A program made the translations under genes and the position numbers. Below are positions 1 through 9,548 of a stretch of DNA of 64,000 nucleotides, one piece after another. Location of the stretch: positions 96,001 to 160,000 of the forward strand of contig CAWCLO010000010.1 in the NCBI GenBank assembly GCA_963796455.1, read 5' to 3'. This stretch comes from Candidatus Sulfomarinibacteraceae bacterium. Lineage in GTDB: Bacteria > Acidobacteriota > Thermoanaerobaculia > Thermoanaerobaculales > Sulfomarinibacteraceae. The number at the start of each line of letters is the position of its first letter. The stretch's first letter is position 1. Under the pieces are notes generated by a model. The model searched no databases. It was not told the origin of the DNA and saw only the letters and a list, made by a program, of their open reading frames with translations.

Positions 1-1
1 A

Positions 2-1774
2 CAACTTTTTGTCAGCGGGGCCTCTCGGGCGAATGGCGAGATTCGCATTTGGAATACGGACAGCTGGAAGGTAAATAGGATTCTGCAAACTTCTGACCTC
101 GTCGAGGTGGGCCAAAACGGATCCCTTGCAGCGTTTGGATTGTTTGAGCCCGGTGGCACCTCCCTGCTGTCCATTTCGGCCACGAGATGGACCGCAAACA
201 CCACAATTCCAGAACGCAATTTTGTCGTGCACCGCTGGCCGCTCAAAGGTAGCGACCCGCAATGGATCGGTTCAGTCGACGTCACCGGGTCCTTGTTTGC
301 CGCTACTCGCGGTCGAGATGCGTTTGTATCGGCGCACAGTGCGAATCTGTTCTTTCATCACGTTGGTCAAACCGGTCTCGGAACTCCAAGGCTGATCTTC
401 AGTCATCCGGACTCCCTCGATATGGTCCGAAGGCCTGGATTCGATCCGTCGGGTGAACGGTTTGCATTGTGTGATCGTGAGGGCCGGCTGTTTGTTTGGG
501 ATATTGGGGAAACCAACCGCCCTCGCGTTTTTCACGCACCCAGGGGTGATCCCATGAAAACCTCGTTCAGCCCCGATGGCTCGCGGCTCGCGGTCGCCAT
601 CGATCCGGTTGGTGGGGCGCTCTGGGATCTCGCAGGCCCGGCTGGCGCCCTACCTCTGACCTTCGACGGGCATGCCAGGTATGGGTTGGAATTCTCACCC
701 GACGGCCAGTGGCTCATGACCGCCATGGGCCCTCGTTGGCAATTGGCAATGTGGCCGGTGACAAACCAGTACTGGAGAATCCTCGACGGGCACGAGGGCG
801 CAATCTCCGCCATCGAATTTTCGAATGATGGTTCGGTCCTCTATTCCCAGGGGGCTTCAGATGGGAAGGTGCTAGCGTGGCCCCTTTCAGGAATGGATTT
901 GGAATCTCCCGAGGTCGTGTATCAGGCTGGGCCACATTTCGGAACCGGCCTTGCCATCGATCCCAAGGGGCGTTTCATAATCGTATCGACCGACGAGGTC
1001 GTGCTCAAGGTGTCTCTGGAAGGCGGATCGATCACAGAATACGACGCCGCGTGGAAGACCGCGCTCGACAACACTGGCAGGTATATTGCTGCCCAACTCA
1101 AGGTCTCGCCGACAATCGTCGTAACCGACTTAGAGTCTGAAGAACGATGGGAACTCTCAGGCCCGGGAGAGGGCCACGCTTCAGAACCATACTTTGATCA
1201 GGAGGGAAGGCTCTTGATAACCAGGGGCGGAGTTCTGAGCCGGTGGAATCCGATCGACGAAAGCACAGAGGTTCTCTTGGAGGACGTGCCATGGGGATTC
1301 CCATATCCGGACGGCCGAATAGTAATCCCCGGTGAAGGAAAACGGTGGCTGATTGATTTGGAAACGGGAAAACGGACGGAGTTTCCTCTCAAAGGTACGG
1401 CGGGTGCCTGGAACGTGAACCCCTCGGGGTCCATCGTCGCCAGGGGCGGCAGAGACGGAACGGTATCGGTTTGGTCTTTTGACGATCAAATTCTGCACGT
1501 GCTTCTTGGCCACAACGGCCCTGTCCGCGAACCGCGAATCTCTCCCGATGGGAAATGGATCGCGACTCACGGCGCCGACCACACAATCCGCCTCTGGCCG
1601 ATGCCCGATCTTTCAAATCGGCCGTTTCATGATCTCCCGATTGACGACCTCCTCTCCAGACTGAAGGCACTGACAAATCTCCGCGCCGTGCCAGACGACG
1701 AAGCTGATTTCGGATACACCATCAGTGCCGACTTCGGCACATATAGCGGCTGGGCGGAGGTACCTGAGTGGTAG
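2..1774 (+). CDS. WD40/beta-propeller C-terminal part of a kinase-STAND-WD40 paralog (5'-truncated by the window edge)
   Basis: Frame is open from base 2. It has WD40 blades (GHEGAISAIEFS, GHNGPVREPRISPDG...IRLW) and the same C-terminal tail (LTNLR...GW..VPEW) as the two downstream paralogs. Confidence 0.85.
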   Translation, partial: QLFVSGASRANGEIRIWNTDSWKVNRILQTSDLVEVGQNGSLAAFGLFEPGGTSLLSISATRWTANTTIPERNFVVHRWPLKGSDPQWIGSVDVTGSLFAATRGRDAFVSAHSANLFFHHVGQTGLGTPRLIFSHPDSLDMVRRPGFDPSGERFALCDREGRLFVWDIGETNRPRVFHAPRGDPMKTSFSPDGSRLAVAIDPVGGALWDLAGPAGALPLTFDGHARYGLEFSPDGQWLMTAMGPRWQLAMWPVTNQYWRILDGHEGAISAIEFSNDGSVLYSQGASDGKVLAWPLSGMDLESPEVVYQAGPHFGTGLAIDPKGRFIIVSTDEVVLKVSLEGGSITEYDAAWKTALDNTGRYIAAQLKVSPTIVVTDLESEERWELSGPGEGHASEPYFDQEGRLLITRGGVLSRWNPIDESTEVLLEDVPWGFPYPDGRIVIPGEGKRWLIDLETGKRTEFPLKGTAGAWNVNPSGSIVARGGRDGTVSVWSFDDQILHVLLGHNGPVREPRISPDGKWIATHGADHTIRLWPMPDLSNRPFHDLPIDDLLSRLKALTNLRAVPDDEADFGYTISADFGTYSGWAEVPEW

Positions 1775-4700
1775 ATCGCACTCATCTTCCGACCACCCTC
1801 ACCGAGGCGGAGAGCGAGACCCTCGATCTCCACGACCAGTGGCGGACCTTCACCGCAGGGGAGATTGTCGGTGAGCGATACCAGATTCTCGCTCTACTCG
1901 GTCGTGGTGGCATGGGTGAGGTTTGGCATGCCTTCGATTTGAAGCTGCGGGTCGATGTGGCGCTGAAGGCTCTTCGCTCAGACATCTTCAAAACCGAGCG
2001 TCGACGCGAATCGCTTCGTCAGGAAGTTCGGGCTGCTCGCGAAGTCGTCTCGCCAAATGTATGTCGCGTGTTTGACCTCCACGAGATGGAAGGCCTCGAG
2101 CTGGTCTCCATGGAGTTCGTCGACGGCCAGACCCTGCTTGATGCGATGCGGGACGGAGCGCCATTCGATCTCCAGGAAGCCCAGGACATCGCATCCCAGT
2201 TCCTCGCCGGGCTCGATGCGATTCACCAGATCGGCCTCGTCCACCGCGACATCAAGCCTGAGAACATCATGCTCACCCGCTCAGGGCGGGTGGTGGTCAT
2301 GGACTTCGGCATCGCCAGAGAAGAGGCCGAGGGCTCAGGAACCGTCTCGGGCACCGCCGCCTACATGGCCCCCGAGCAGGCAGCCGGCCAGGCTGTGGAC
2401 GCCCGCGCGGACATCTATTCGGCCGGCGTAGTCCTCGCCGAAGTCGTGAATCCAGACGGCCTCAAGAACCGGGAGAGCCGAGAGAGCGTCTGGGAGGCCG
2501 TCCGGGCCGAACCAGCAAGGATTCCGGACACGCCGTGGTCCGCAGTCATTACTAAAGCCGTGGCAACGGACCGCGACCATCGATTCGACTCGGCGGCCGA
2601 TCTCACCCGCGCCCTCGAGGAGGTCACCCTCCGCGTCGCCGGCGCCGACAACCTCCACCCCTACCCTGGCCTCGCCGCCTTCACCGAGGACGACGCCGAG
2701 TACTTCTTCGGTCGCGAGGCCGAGGTCGAACAGATGTGGCGAAAGCTCGAGGGACCGGCACGCATGCTCGGAATCATGGGGCCCTCGGGGGCCGGGAAAT
2801 CCTCGTTCATCGCGGCGGGACTCATCTCACATGCGCCAAACACATGGGAGATTCTTCCAGCAACTCCCGGAAACGCAGTTCTTGCCTCGTTCGCCTCGGT
2901 GGTCGCACGCGAAATGGCTGGAGACCCTGACGCCGTCGAGCTTCTCCTTCGCATCGACGAGCCCGATGTGGCGGTCGAGCTCATCTCCCGGTGGGCGGGA
3001 AGGAGCCCTCGCTCGCTGATCGTGGTCGACCAATTCGAGGAGCTCTTCACTCAGAACTCGAGTGAAGATCAACGGCGGTTTGCGGACCTGCTTCGCCGGT
3101 TTGTCATCGAAGCCGATGTCCACGTTCTGCTGTCGATGCGCGACGATTTCGCCGCGGCCTGCAACATTCACGAATCGCTGCGTCCAATCTTCCAGGACCT
3201 CACTGTCCTCGACCCACCAACCGGGCCGAATCTTCGCCGCGCAATCGTCTGGCCGGCGCAGAAGTGCGGCTACCGCTTTGAAGACGACGCATTGGTGGAG
3301 GAGGTTCTGGCCGAGGTGGAGGAAGAGCGGGGGGCCCTGCCATTGATGGCATTCGCCGCGGCCCGTGCCTGGGAGAAACGGGATCGAGAAACGGGCCTGC
3401 TGACTCGCGAGGCTTACCAAGCCATCGGTGGCGTCGGCGGCGCATTGGCCCAACATGCCGAGGCGACTGTGGACCGCATCGGCACCCAACACATCGCCGT
3501 CGTCCGCGAACTCTTCCGAAACCTCGTCACCGCCGAGGGCACCCGCGCCGTTCGCGAGTGGAACGAGTTGTTGTCGGTGTTCGTCGATTCGCAAGACGAA
3601 TCGCCCGAGGAGGTCCTTCGCGCGCTCATCGACGCTCGCCTTCTGACCTCATACGAAGTGCGCGAGGACGAGCACGAACCCACTCGCCGCGTGGAGATCA
3701 TACACGAGAGCCTGCTTGCCAACTGGCCGCGCCTCGTTCGGTGGCAAACCCAGGATCAGGAAGGCGCACAAATCCGCGACGAACTCCGGCAAAGCGCACG
3801 GTCGTGGGACGAGCACGGTCGCCACGACGACCGTCTCTGGACCGGCACCGCCTTCCGGGAGTTCGAGCTTTGGAGGGAGCGATATCCAGGAGGGTTGACC
3901 GAAACTGAAGAATCCTTCGCGAGGGCCACCACCTCCTTCTCGGCCCGCCGTCGTCGGCGCCGCCGAATTCTCGGCGCGGCGGGGGTCGCGATTTTGCTTG
4001 CGGTGCTCGCGATCGTCACTGGTTTTTGGCGGAAAAGCGAAAGACAAACACGAATTGCTGAAGCCCAGAGGCTGCTCGCCCTCGGCCAACTCGAAATGGA
4101 GAGATTCCCCACAGCGGCCCTGGCCTGGGCCAAGGCGAGCCTCAATATCGCCGACACGAAGGAGGGTCGGCTCTTCGCGCTCGAAGCGATCTCAAGGGGT
4201 CCACTGGCGAGAATCAGACAGTTCGATGTGAACAACGAGGGGGTGGCCCACCACGGGGTTTTCAGCCCGAATGGCGAGTGGATTGCGTATATGGGGTACG
4301 ACCTCCTCAAGGTGGATCATCGGTCAGGGGGCGCGATACGAGTCATCGATTCGTTCCCGAACGATCCGAACGCAGCTTTCAGGGATTTCTATCCGGTGTT
4401 TGATCGGGAGTCGTTACGGCTCTCCGTCTGGCGGTACCAATCCGAAAGCCGGTCCGCGGTCGTTCGCACCTTTGGGGTTCCTGACTTTGAGAAGGTCGTT
4501 CAGATCGAGAGACCGCTGGGCAAGGGCTTCTTCGAATACTGGCCGACATCCGCCGGTGTCTATCACCTGAATCGAAATCAAGGTGGGGTCGAAGTCTGGC
4601 ACCTCCCCCACGGTGGCGAATGGCGGCTATTCGACACGGTCGACGGTTTTGACCGCTGGTTTTTTGATCACCTCGGGGAGTGGGCGGTCTTCCGGCGAGG

Positions 4701-6213
4701 TCAAGAATTCTTTCTCCAATCTTTGGTCAGCTCTGGCGTTGAGCCACGTGTCATCGCCCGATTTGCCACCGAGGACTGGCGTATCAGGGTGGATCCCAAT
4801 TGCAAATGGATTGCCACCGCTCAACCCCAACAGGAACAGGTGTCGGTTTGGCCTGCTGGGTTGGATGTTTCCGAACCAGTCCGTCGTATCGACACAGATG
4901 GCCTGCCCATTTCATCCGCCCTCAATTTCCAGATCGATCAGCAGGGACGGCGCATTGCGGTTGCAGGAAACGTTGAAGGCGTCCGGATGGCAAAGATATG
5001 GGACTTATCGCAACCGGACGGGGCCGAACCTCTGGTTCTCCGCAATCCCGATGCCGAGTACATGAATGGGGTGAGCTTCGAACCGTCGGGTCGGTGGGCG
5101 GTAACAGGCAATACAGTCTGGGCTTCATTCTGGCCGATACCGGAGAATCCCCCGTTGGTCTTCTCGGGTGCCAGTTCCCGACTTCTGAACCTGGCTTTCA
5201 CGGTCGACGGCGCTTCGGTGTTCGTGCCTCTTTTTGATGGCGGTCCGCACTTGTTACACCTGACCCGTGGTAGCGACAATATTGAGCGCCTTGACCTGCC
5301 TGTTGTTTCCCTTGGAGGCATCGCCATGGATCCCGCGGGTCAATTCGTTCTCGCTGCCAAGAACCCCACCGGCGTACTTCTGCTCCCGTTCGATGGATCC
5401 GAGCACCGGGTCCTCGAAGGATTCGATGATGTGTGGGCAACGGCTCTCGCGTATGACGCCGACAGAGCCCTGGTTGCTGCTGCACCCTACCGTGGATCGA
5501 AGGACCAGAAGATCATTCGGGTAGTCAACCTCGATGGCGGGTCTTTAACAACTCTGGGACCGGCCGAAGATGCAGGGGATGGGTTCATTGGTGGCTTCAG
5601 CGAGCTCGAGTTTCTTCCGGACGGCAGGCTGCTTTCGGGCGGGAAGGGAGGAATCCGCCGTTGGAACCTGGAGAACGGCGAATGCGAGCTCTTGTACCCC
5701 GGCATGATCTTCCGGATGGACGTGAGTCCTGATGGGAGATTCGCCGTCGCCGCGCTGTTTGAGGATATGGGCGGGTTCGGGCCGGCCTTGCGGGTTGACC
5801 TGGCGACCGGCCAAACCCGAATCATGCCCGAATACGGGCACCAGAACAGATCCTGCGCAATCGGCCCGGACTCCGACGTGGTTGCCATGTCCGACAATGA
5901 CGGGAGGATTCGGATCGGGAGGTTGTCCGGCGGCGAGCCCCACACGCTTTTTGGTCACTCGAATAGCCCCGAAGGACTGTCGTTCTCGCCTGATGGTCGT
6001 TTATTGGCTTCCGGTGATGTGGGCGGCGCCGTGCGCATCTGGTCGGTGCCCGATGTTACAGGTCCGCCCCCGCAAGAGATGTCCCTGGGAGAGTTCCGAG
6101 CCAAGCTCGAATCATTCACCAATCTGCGGGTCGTGCCCAATGAAACTTCATCGACCGGCTGGCTGTTGGAGGTCGGCCCCTTCCAGGGTTGGGCGAATGT
6201 ACCGGAGTGGTGA
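1768..6213 (+). CDS. Ser/Thr protein kinase + nSTAND1-type P-loop NTPase + TM helix + WD40 repeats
   Basis: Kinase motifs GRGGMG, VALK, HRDIKPEN, DFG and APE. Walker A GPSGAGKSS, Walker B LIVVDQFEELF, and SMRDDF. An Arg run plus hydrophobic helix precedes the WD40 repeats. The GTG start overlaps the upstream stop. Confidence 0.92.
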   Translation: MVDRTHLPTTLTEAESETLDLHDQWRTFTAGEIVGERYQILALLGRGGMGEVWHAFDLKLRVDVALKALRSDIFKTERRRESLRQEVRAAREVVSPNVCRVFDLHEMEGLELVSMEFVDGQTLLDAMRDGAPFDLQEAQDIASQFLAGLDAIHQIGLVHRDIKPENIMLTRSGRVVVMDFGIAREEAEGSGTVSGTAAYMAPEQAAGQAVDARADIYSAGVVLAEVVNPDGLKNRESRESVWEAVRAEPARIPDTPWSAVITKAVATDRDHRFDSAADLTRALEEVTLRVAGADNLHPYPGLAAFTEDDAEYFFGREAEVEQMWRKLEGPARMLGIMGPSGAGKSSFIAAGLISHAPNTWEILPATPGNAVLASFASVVAREMAGDPDAVELLLRIDEPDVAVELISRWAGRSPRSLIVVDQFEELFTQNSSEDQRRFADLLRRFVIEADVHVLLSMRDDFAAACNIHESLRPIFQDLTVLDPPTGPNLRRAIVWPAQKCGYRFEDDALVEEVLAEVEEERGALPLMAFAAARAWEKRDRETGLLTREAYQAIGGVGGALAQHAEATVDRIGTQHIAVVRELFRNLVTAEGTRAVREWNELLSVFVDSQDESPEEVLRALIDARLLTSYEVREDEHEPTRRVEIIHESLLANWPRLVRWQTQDQEGAQIRDELRQSARSWDEHGRHDDRLWTGTAFREFELWRERYPGGLTETEESFARATTSFSARRRRRRRILGAAGVAILLAVLAIVTGFWRKSERQTRIAEAQRLLALGQLEMERFPTAALAWAKASLNIADTKEGRLFALEAISRGPLARIRQFDVNNEGVAHHGVFSPNGEWIAYMGYDLLKVDHRSGGAIRVIDSFPNDPNAAFRDFYPVFDRESLRLSVWRYQSESRSAVVRTFGVPDFEKVVQIERPLGKGFFEYWPTSAGVYHLNRNQGGVEVWHLPHGGEWRLFDTVDGFDRWFFDHLGEWAVFRRGQEFFLQSLVSSGVEPRVIARFATEDWRIRVDPNCKWIATAQPQQEQVSVWPAGLDVSEPVRRIDTDGLPISSALNFQIDQQGRRIAVAGNVEGVRMAKIWDLSQPDGAEPLVLRNPDAEYMNGVSFEPSGRWAVTGNTVWASFWPIPENPPLVFSGASSRLLNLAFTVDGASVFVPLFDGGPHLLHLTRGSDNIERLDLPVVSLGGIAMDPAGQFVLAAKNPTGVLLLPFDGSEHRVLEGFDDVWATALAYDADRALVAAAPYRGSKDQKIIRVVNLDGGSLTTLGPAEDAGDGFIGGFSELEFLPDGRLLSGGKGGIRRWNLENGECELLYPGMIFRMDVSPDGRFAVAALFEDMGGFGPALRVDLATGQTRIMPEYGHQNRSCAIGPDSDVVAMSDNDGRIRIGRLSGGEPHTLFGHSNSPEGLSFSPDGRLLASGDVGGAVRIWSVPDVTGPPPQEMSLGEFRAKLESFTNLRVVPNETSSTGWLLEVGPFQGWANVPEW

Positions 6214-6462
6214 AGGCTGGTCGCACTGGTCTTCTTCAGGAGTTCACAAAACCCGTCCATAAGAGTATCGAACATATCCCTGACCGTTCCCAGATGACTT
6301 CGGTCACAACCGCATCGATCTTGTTGAATAGATCTTTCACTTCGTGTGGGTGATAAGGAAACGGAGTCGCAATATTTGTTGCTTATTTGCCTTTCAGGTC
6401 TCATATTGAGAAACAAGAAAACCTAGCAAAACGAATCGGCGCGCTCTTCTATCGGGGGGGTC

Positions 6463-9400
6463 ATGAGATATGCGGTCGTGCTGTTGGTCGTGTCGCTGGT
6501 GATAGTGTCTTCTCTTGCCGCCCAGGAAACAACCGGTGGCTTGCAGGGGGCGGTCGCAGACAAAGTCGGAAACCCGATCACGGGGGCGGTTGTCGAGGCA
6601 AAAGGGCCTTTCGGCACGGTCTCGACGAAATCGAACACCGAAGGCGAATATCGATTTCCCAGGTTGGCGCCGGGCAACTATTTGGTTTCAGCATCCTTCG
6701 AGGGCTATCCGACGGTGGAATCCGATCCAACCCGGATTGTTCTCGGTGAATCGGCGACCGTCGACTTCACACTCCGGCGAGAGTCCTTTTCAGAAGAGAT
6801 TTTCGTCTACTCCGACACGGTGACCATCGACTTCACCGAAAACCAGACGGCCACGAACATTCACCAGTATGAGATCGACTACCTGCCTCGGGGCCGCGAC
6901 TATACCGACGTGGTCACCTTTGCCCCCGGCACGGTCCTCAATCACCAGGGCGGCGGAATAATGATCGACGGGGCCTCGGGCCTCGAAAACCGCTACATCA
7001 TCGACGGCCTCGACACGACTGACCCCGTACAGGGTGACCCGGGCGTTCCCTTGCGTGCCGAATTCATAGAGGAGGTGCAGGTCAAATCGGCGGGCTACAT
7101 GGCCGAGTTTGGGGGTTCCACCGGAGGGGTGATTAATGTGGTCTCGCGCACAGGGAGCAATGAGTTTCACGGCTCGCTCTTTGTGGACATCGAGGAAAAC
7201 TCATGGAACGGTGCAGCGCGACAGGAGATCGAGTTCCATCTCAACGATCCCGGTGCCAGCCTGGTGACCTACGACAAGGATGACGAGGTTCGCTACGATC
7301 CCGGGTTTTCGCTGGGCGGCCCGATTCTACGCGGCCGGTTTTGGTTCTTCGCATCGTATCTGCCCGGTCTTCGGACCACAAAAAGGACGATTAACTGGGT
7401 AGACCATCCCCCCGATGTCTATCGCCAAAACTATCGTTTCGATTATGGCAGTTTCAATCTCACGGCCAACGTATCGAGTGCTCTGCTGATCAAGGCCGGG
7501 CTCAACGTATCACCGAATACCCGCGAGGGATCGCTGCCCAATCGAGACGGTCGTTCCGGTCTCCCGGGCCAGGAAAACTGGGCGCCGATTGGATCGAAAT
7601 ACGATCGAGAGACCTACCATCTCTCGGCCGACTGGGTCGTGAATAACGACCTCGTTCTGAGCGGTCGAGGGGGTCTTTACCACACCAACTACGAAACCAC
7701 CGGCATCGAGTCCTACGATGTCATCCATCAGTACTCTATCTACAGCGTCGCGGGTTTTTGTGATCGCCACCCTGTGGTGCCCTCCGGAGCCTGCAACAAC
7801 CCGGGCTGGTACAGCGACCCACTGCGCACGAAATGGTACCGCGACATCTACGAGCGGAAAGGTGCGGCGCTGGATGGCACCTGGTTCTTCCGTGGCGGCG
7901 GCCAGCACTCGCTCAAGGCCGGATATCAGACAGAGGAGATCTCCAACGACAAAAGGGCCGCGTGGAACGCCGAACGCGTCCTGTATTACTGGGACCGCGC
8001 CTATACAACCACGACCGGTGACAGCGTCCGCGGAGAGTTCGGTGTTTTTCTCCTCAACAATCCGTCGACCCTGGGAGACGTGGCCAGCCGGAATCAGGCG
8101 GCTTTCGTCCAGGATGCCTGGCAGGTGCGATCGAATGTCACACTCAACATCGGGGTTCGAATCGAAAAGGAGGAAATCCCAAACTACGGCGCCACCGGAC
8201 CCGACCCTGCGATCAGCTTCAATTGGGGGGACAAGGTAGCACCGCGTCTGGGATTAGCCTGGGACATCAGAAACGACGCGAAATGGAAGCTCTACGGCAG
8301 TTGGGGCAAGTATTACGATGTGACGAAGTACGCGGTCTCAGGTCTGCTCGGATCCGGGAGGAATGTCGGGTATTACTACACCTTTGATCATCCTGAAATC
8401 TTTCTCAACGAGACTCCGAGCTGCCGGACCGGCAACAACACGATTTTCGAGCGGCCCGACTGCCCCGCGGGCACCTTTATCGAAGCGATTAACTGGTTGC
8501 CAAACTCCGCGGATCCGGAGGTGTGGGAGGAACTCGGATTTCCCCTCATCGAACCCAATCTCAAACCGATGGAGACCTGGGAAGCTCAAATCGGGGTCGA
8601 CCACCAACTGACGATGAACATCCAGATCGGGGCCCGCTTCGTACACAAAGAGATCGTGCGGACGATCGAGGACGTCGGGATTCTCCTGCCCGGTATCGGC
8701 GAGATCTATGTCATCGGAAACCCCGGCGAAGGAATCACGATCGACGTCAGCGACCTGCCCTATGCCAAACCCGTGCGGGAATATGACGCCCTCGAACTCG
8801 TTCTGGACAAGCGTTTTTCCGACAATTGGTCTTTGCGCGCTTATTTCACTTTGAGCCGGTTGTGGGGCAACTACTCGGGCCTCGCCAACTCGGACGAGGT
8901 CAACGTTGTCGGAAACCCTTTGAACCCCATCGGTTCAGGAGGAAGAAGATCACCCAACGTCAGTCGTCTTTATGATCTTCCCGGTTCAATGTACGACCAA
9001 AACGGTGATTTCGTCTACGGACGTTTGGCGACCGACCGCACCCACCAATTAGGGGCCCAGTTCCTCTACAGCATCCCTTTCGGGCTCAACGTCGGCGTCA
9101 ACCAGTACATCGGCAGCGGCACCCTCATTTCCACCAAAGGATCCATCCTCGGCGGCGATTTCTACCCCTACGGTCGCGGGGACCTGGGTGAAACGCCGTG
9201 GATAACTCAGACCGATCTCTCGCTCTTCTACACCCTGACTCTTGGACGGGGGCTGAACTTCACCGTCGGACTGACGGTTCTGAATCTGTTCGATGAGGAC
9301 ACGCCAACAAGGAAGTGGCCGCACGTGCAAACACAAAATCTTGGAGTCACGAACGAAGACTTTCTCACCGGGTTCAATTACGCCGAGGAGTTGGCGGCGC

Positions 9401-9492
9401 TTGGCCCGGCGGCCCTCGACTCGCGCTTCGGCATGTGGGATACCTTTCAACTCCCGCGGGAACTCCGCCTGACACTCAAGTTCGAGTTTTAG
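6463..9492 (+). CDS. TonB-dependent outer membrane receptor, Oar-like, with N-terminal carboxypeptidase-regulatory-like domain
   Basis: Signal peptide, plug motifs (ENRYIIDG, EEVQVKSAGYMAEFGGSTGGVINVV), barrel motifs (FVQDAW, APRLG) and C-terminal Phe. Confidence 0.92.
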   Translation: MRYAVVLLVVSLVIVSSLAAQETTGGLQGAVADKVGNPITGAVVEAKGPFGTVSTKSNTEGEYRFPRLAPGNYLVSASFEGYPTVESDPTRIVLGESATVDFTLRRESFSEEIFVYSDTVTIDFTENQTATNIHQYEIDYLPRGRDYTDVVTFAPGTVLNHQGGGIMIDGASGLENRYIIDGLDTTDPVQGDPGVPLRAEFIEEVQVKSAGYMAEFGGSTGGVINVVSRTGSNEFHGSLFVDIEENSWNGAARQEIEFHLNDPGASLVTYDKDDEVRYDPGFSLGGPILRGRFWFFASYLPGLRTTKRTINWVDHPPDVYRQNYRFDYGSFNLTANVSSALLIKAGLNVSPNTREGSLPNRDGRSGLPGQENWAPIGSKYDRETYHLSADWVVNNDLVLSGRGGLYHTNYETTGIESYDVIHQYSIYSVAGFCDRHPVVPSGACNNPGWYSDPLRTKWYRDIYERKGAALDGTWFFRGGGQHSLKAGYQTEEISNDKRAAWNAERVLYYWDRAYTTTTGDSVRGEFGVFLLNNPSTLGDVASRNQAAFVQDAWQVRSNVTLNIGVRIEKEEIPNYGATGPDPAISFNWGDKVAPRLGLAWDIRNDAKWKLYGSWGKYYDVTKYAVSGLLGSGRNVGYYYTFDHPEIFLNETPSCRTGNNTIFERPDCPAGTFIEAINWLPNSADPEVWEELGFPLIEPNLKPMETWEAQIGVDHQLTMNIQIGARFVHKEIVRTIEDVGILLPGIGEIYVIGNPGEGITIDVSDLPYAKPVREYDALELVLDKRFSDNWSLRAYFTLSRLWGNYSGLANSDEVNVVGNPLNPIGSGGRRSPNVSRLYDLPGSMYDQNGDFVYGRLATDRTHQLGAQFLYSIPFGLNVGVNQYIGSGTLISTKGSILGGDFYPYGRGDLGETPWITQTDLSLFYTLTLGRGLNFTVGLTVLNLFDEDTPTRKWPHVQTQNLGVTNEDFLTGFNYAEELAALGPAALDSRFGMWDTFQLPRELRLTLKFEF

Positions 9493-9548
9493 GAAGTGGA
9501 GGCAGCAATCGAGAAACCGGACCCGAATCGCCGGCGGCATTCCGATGA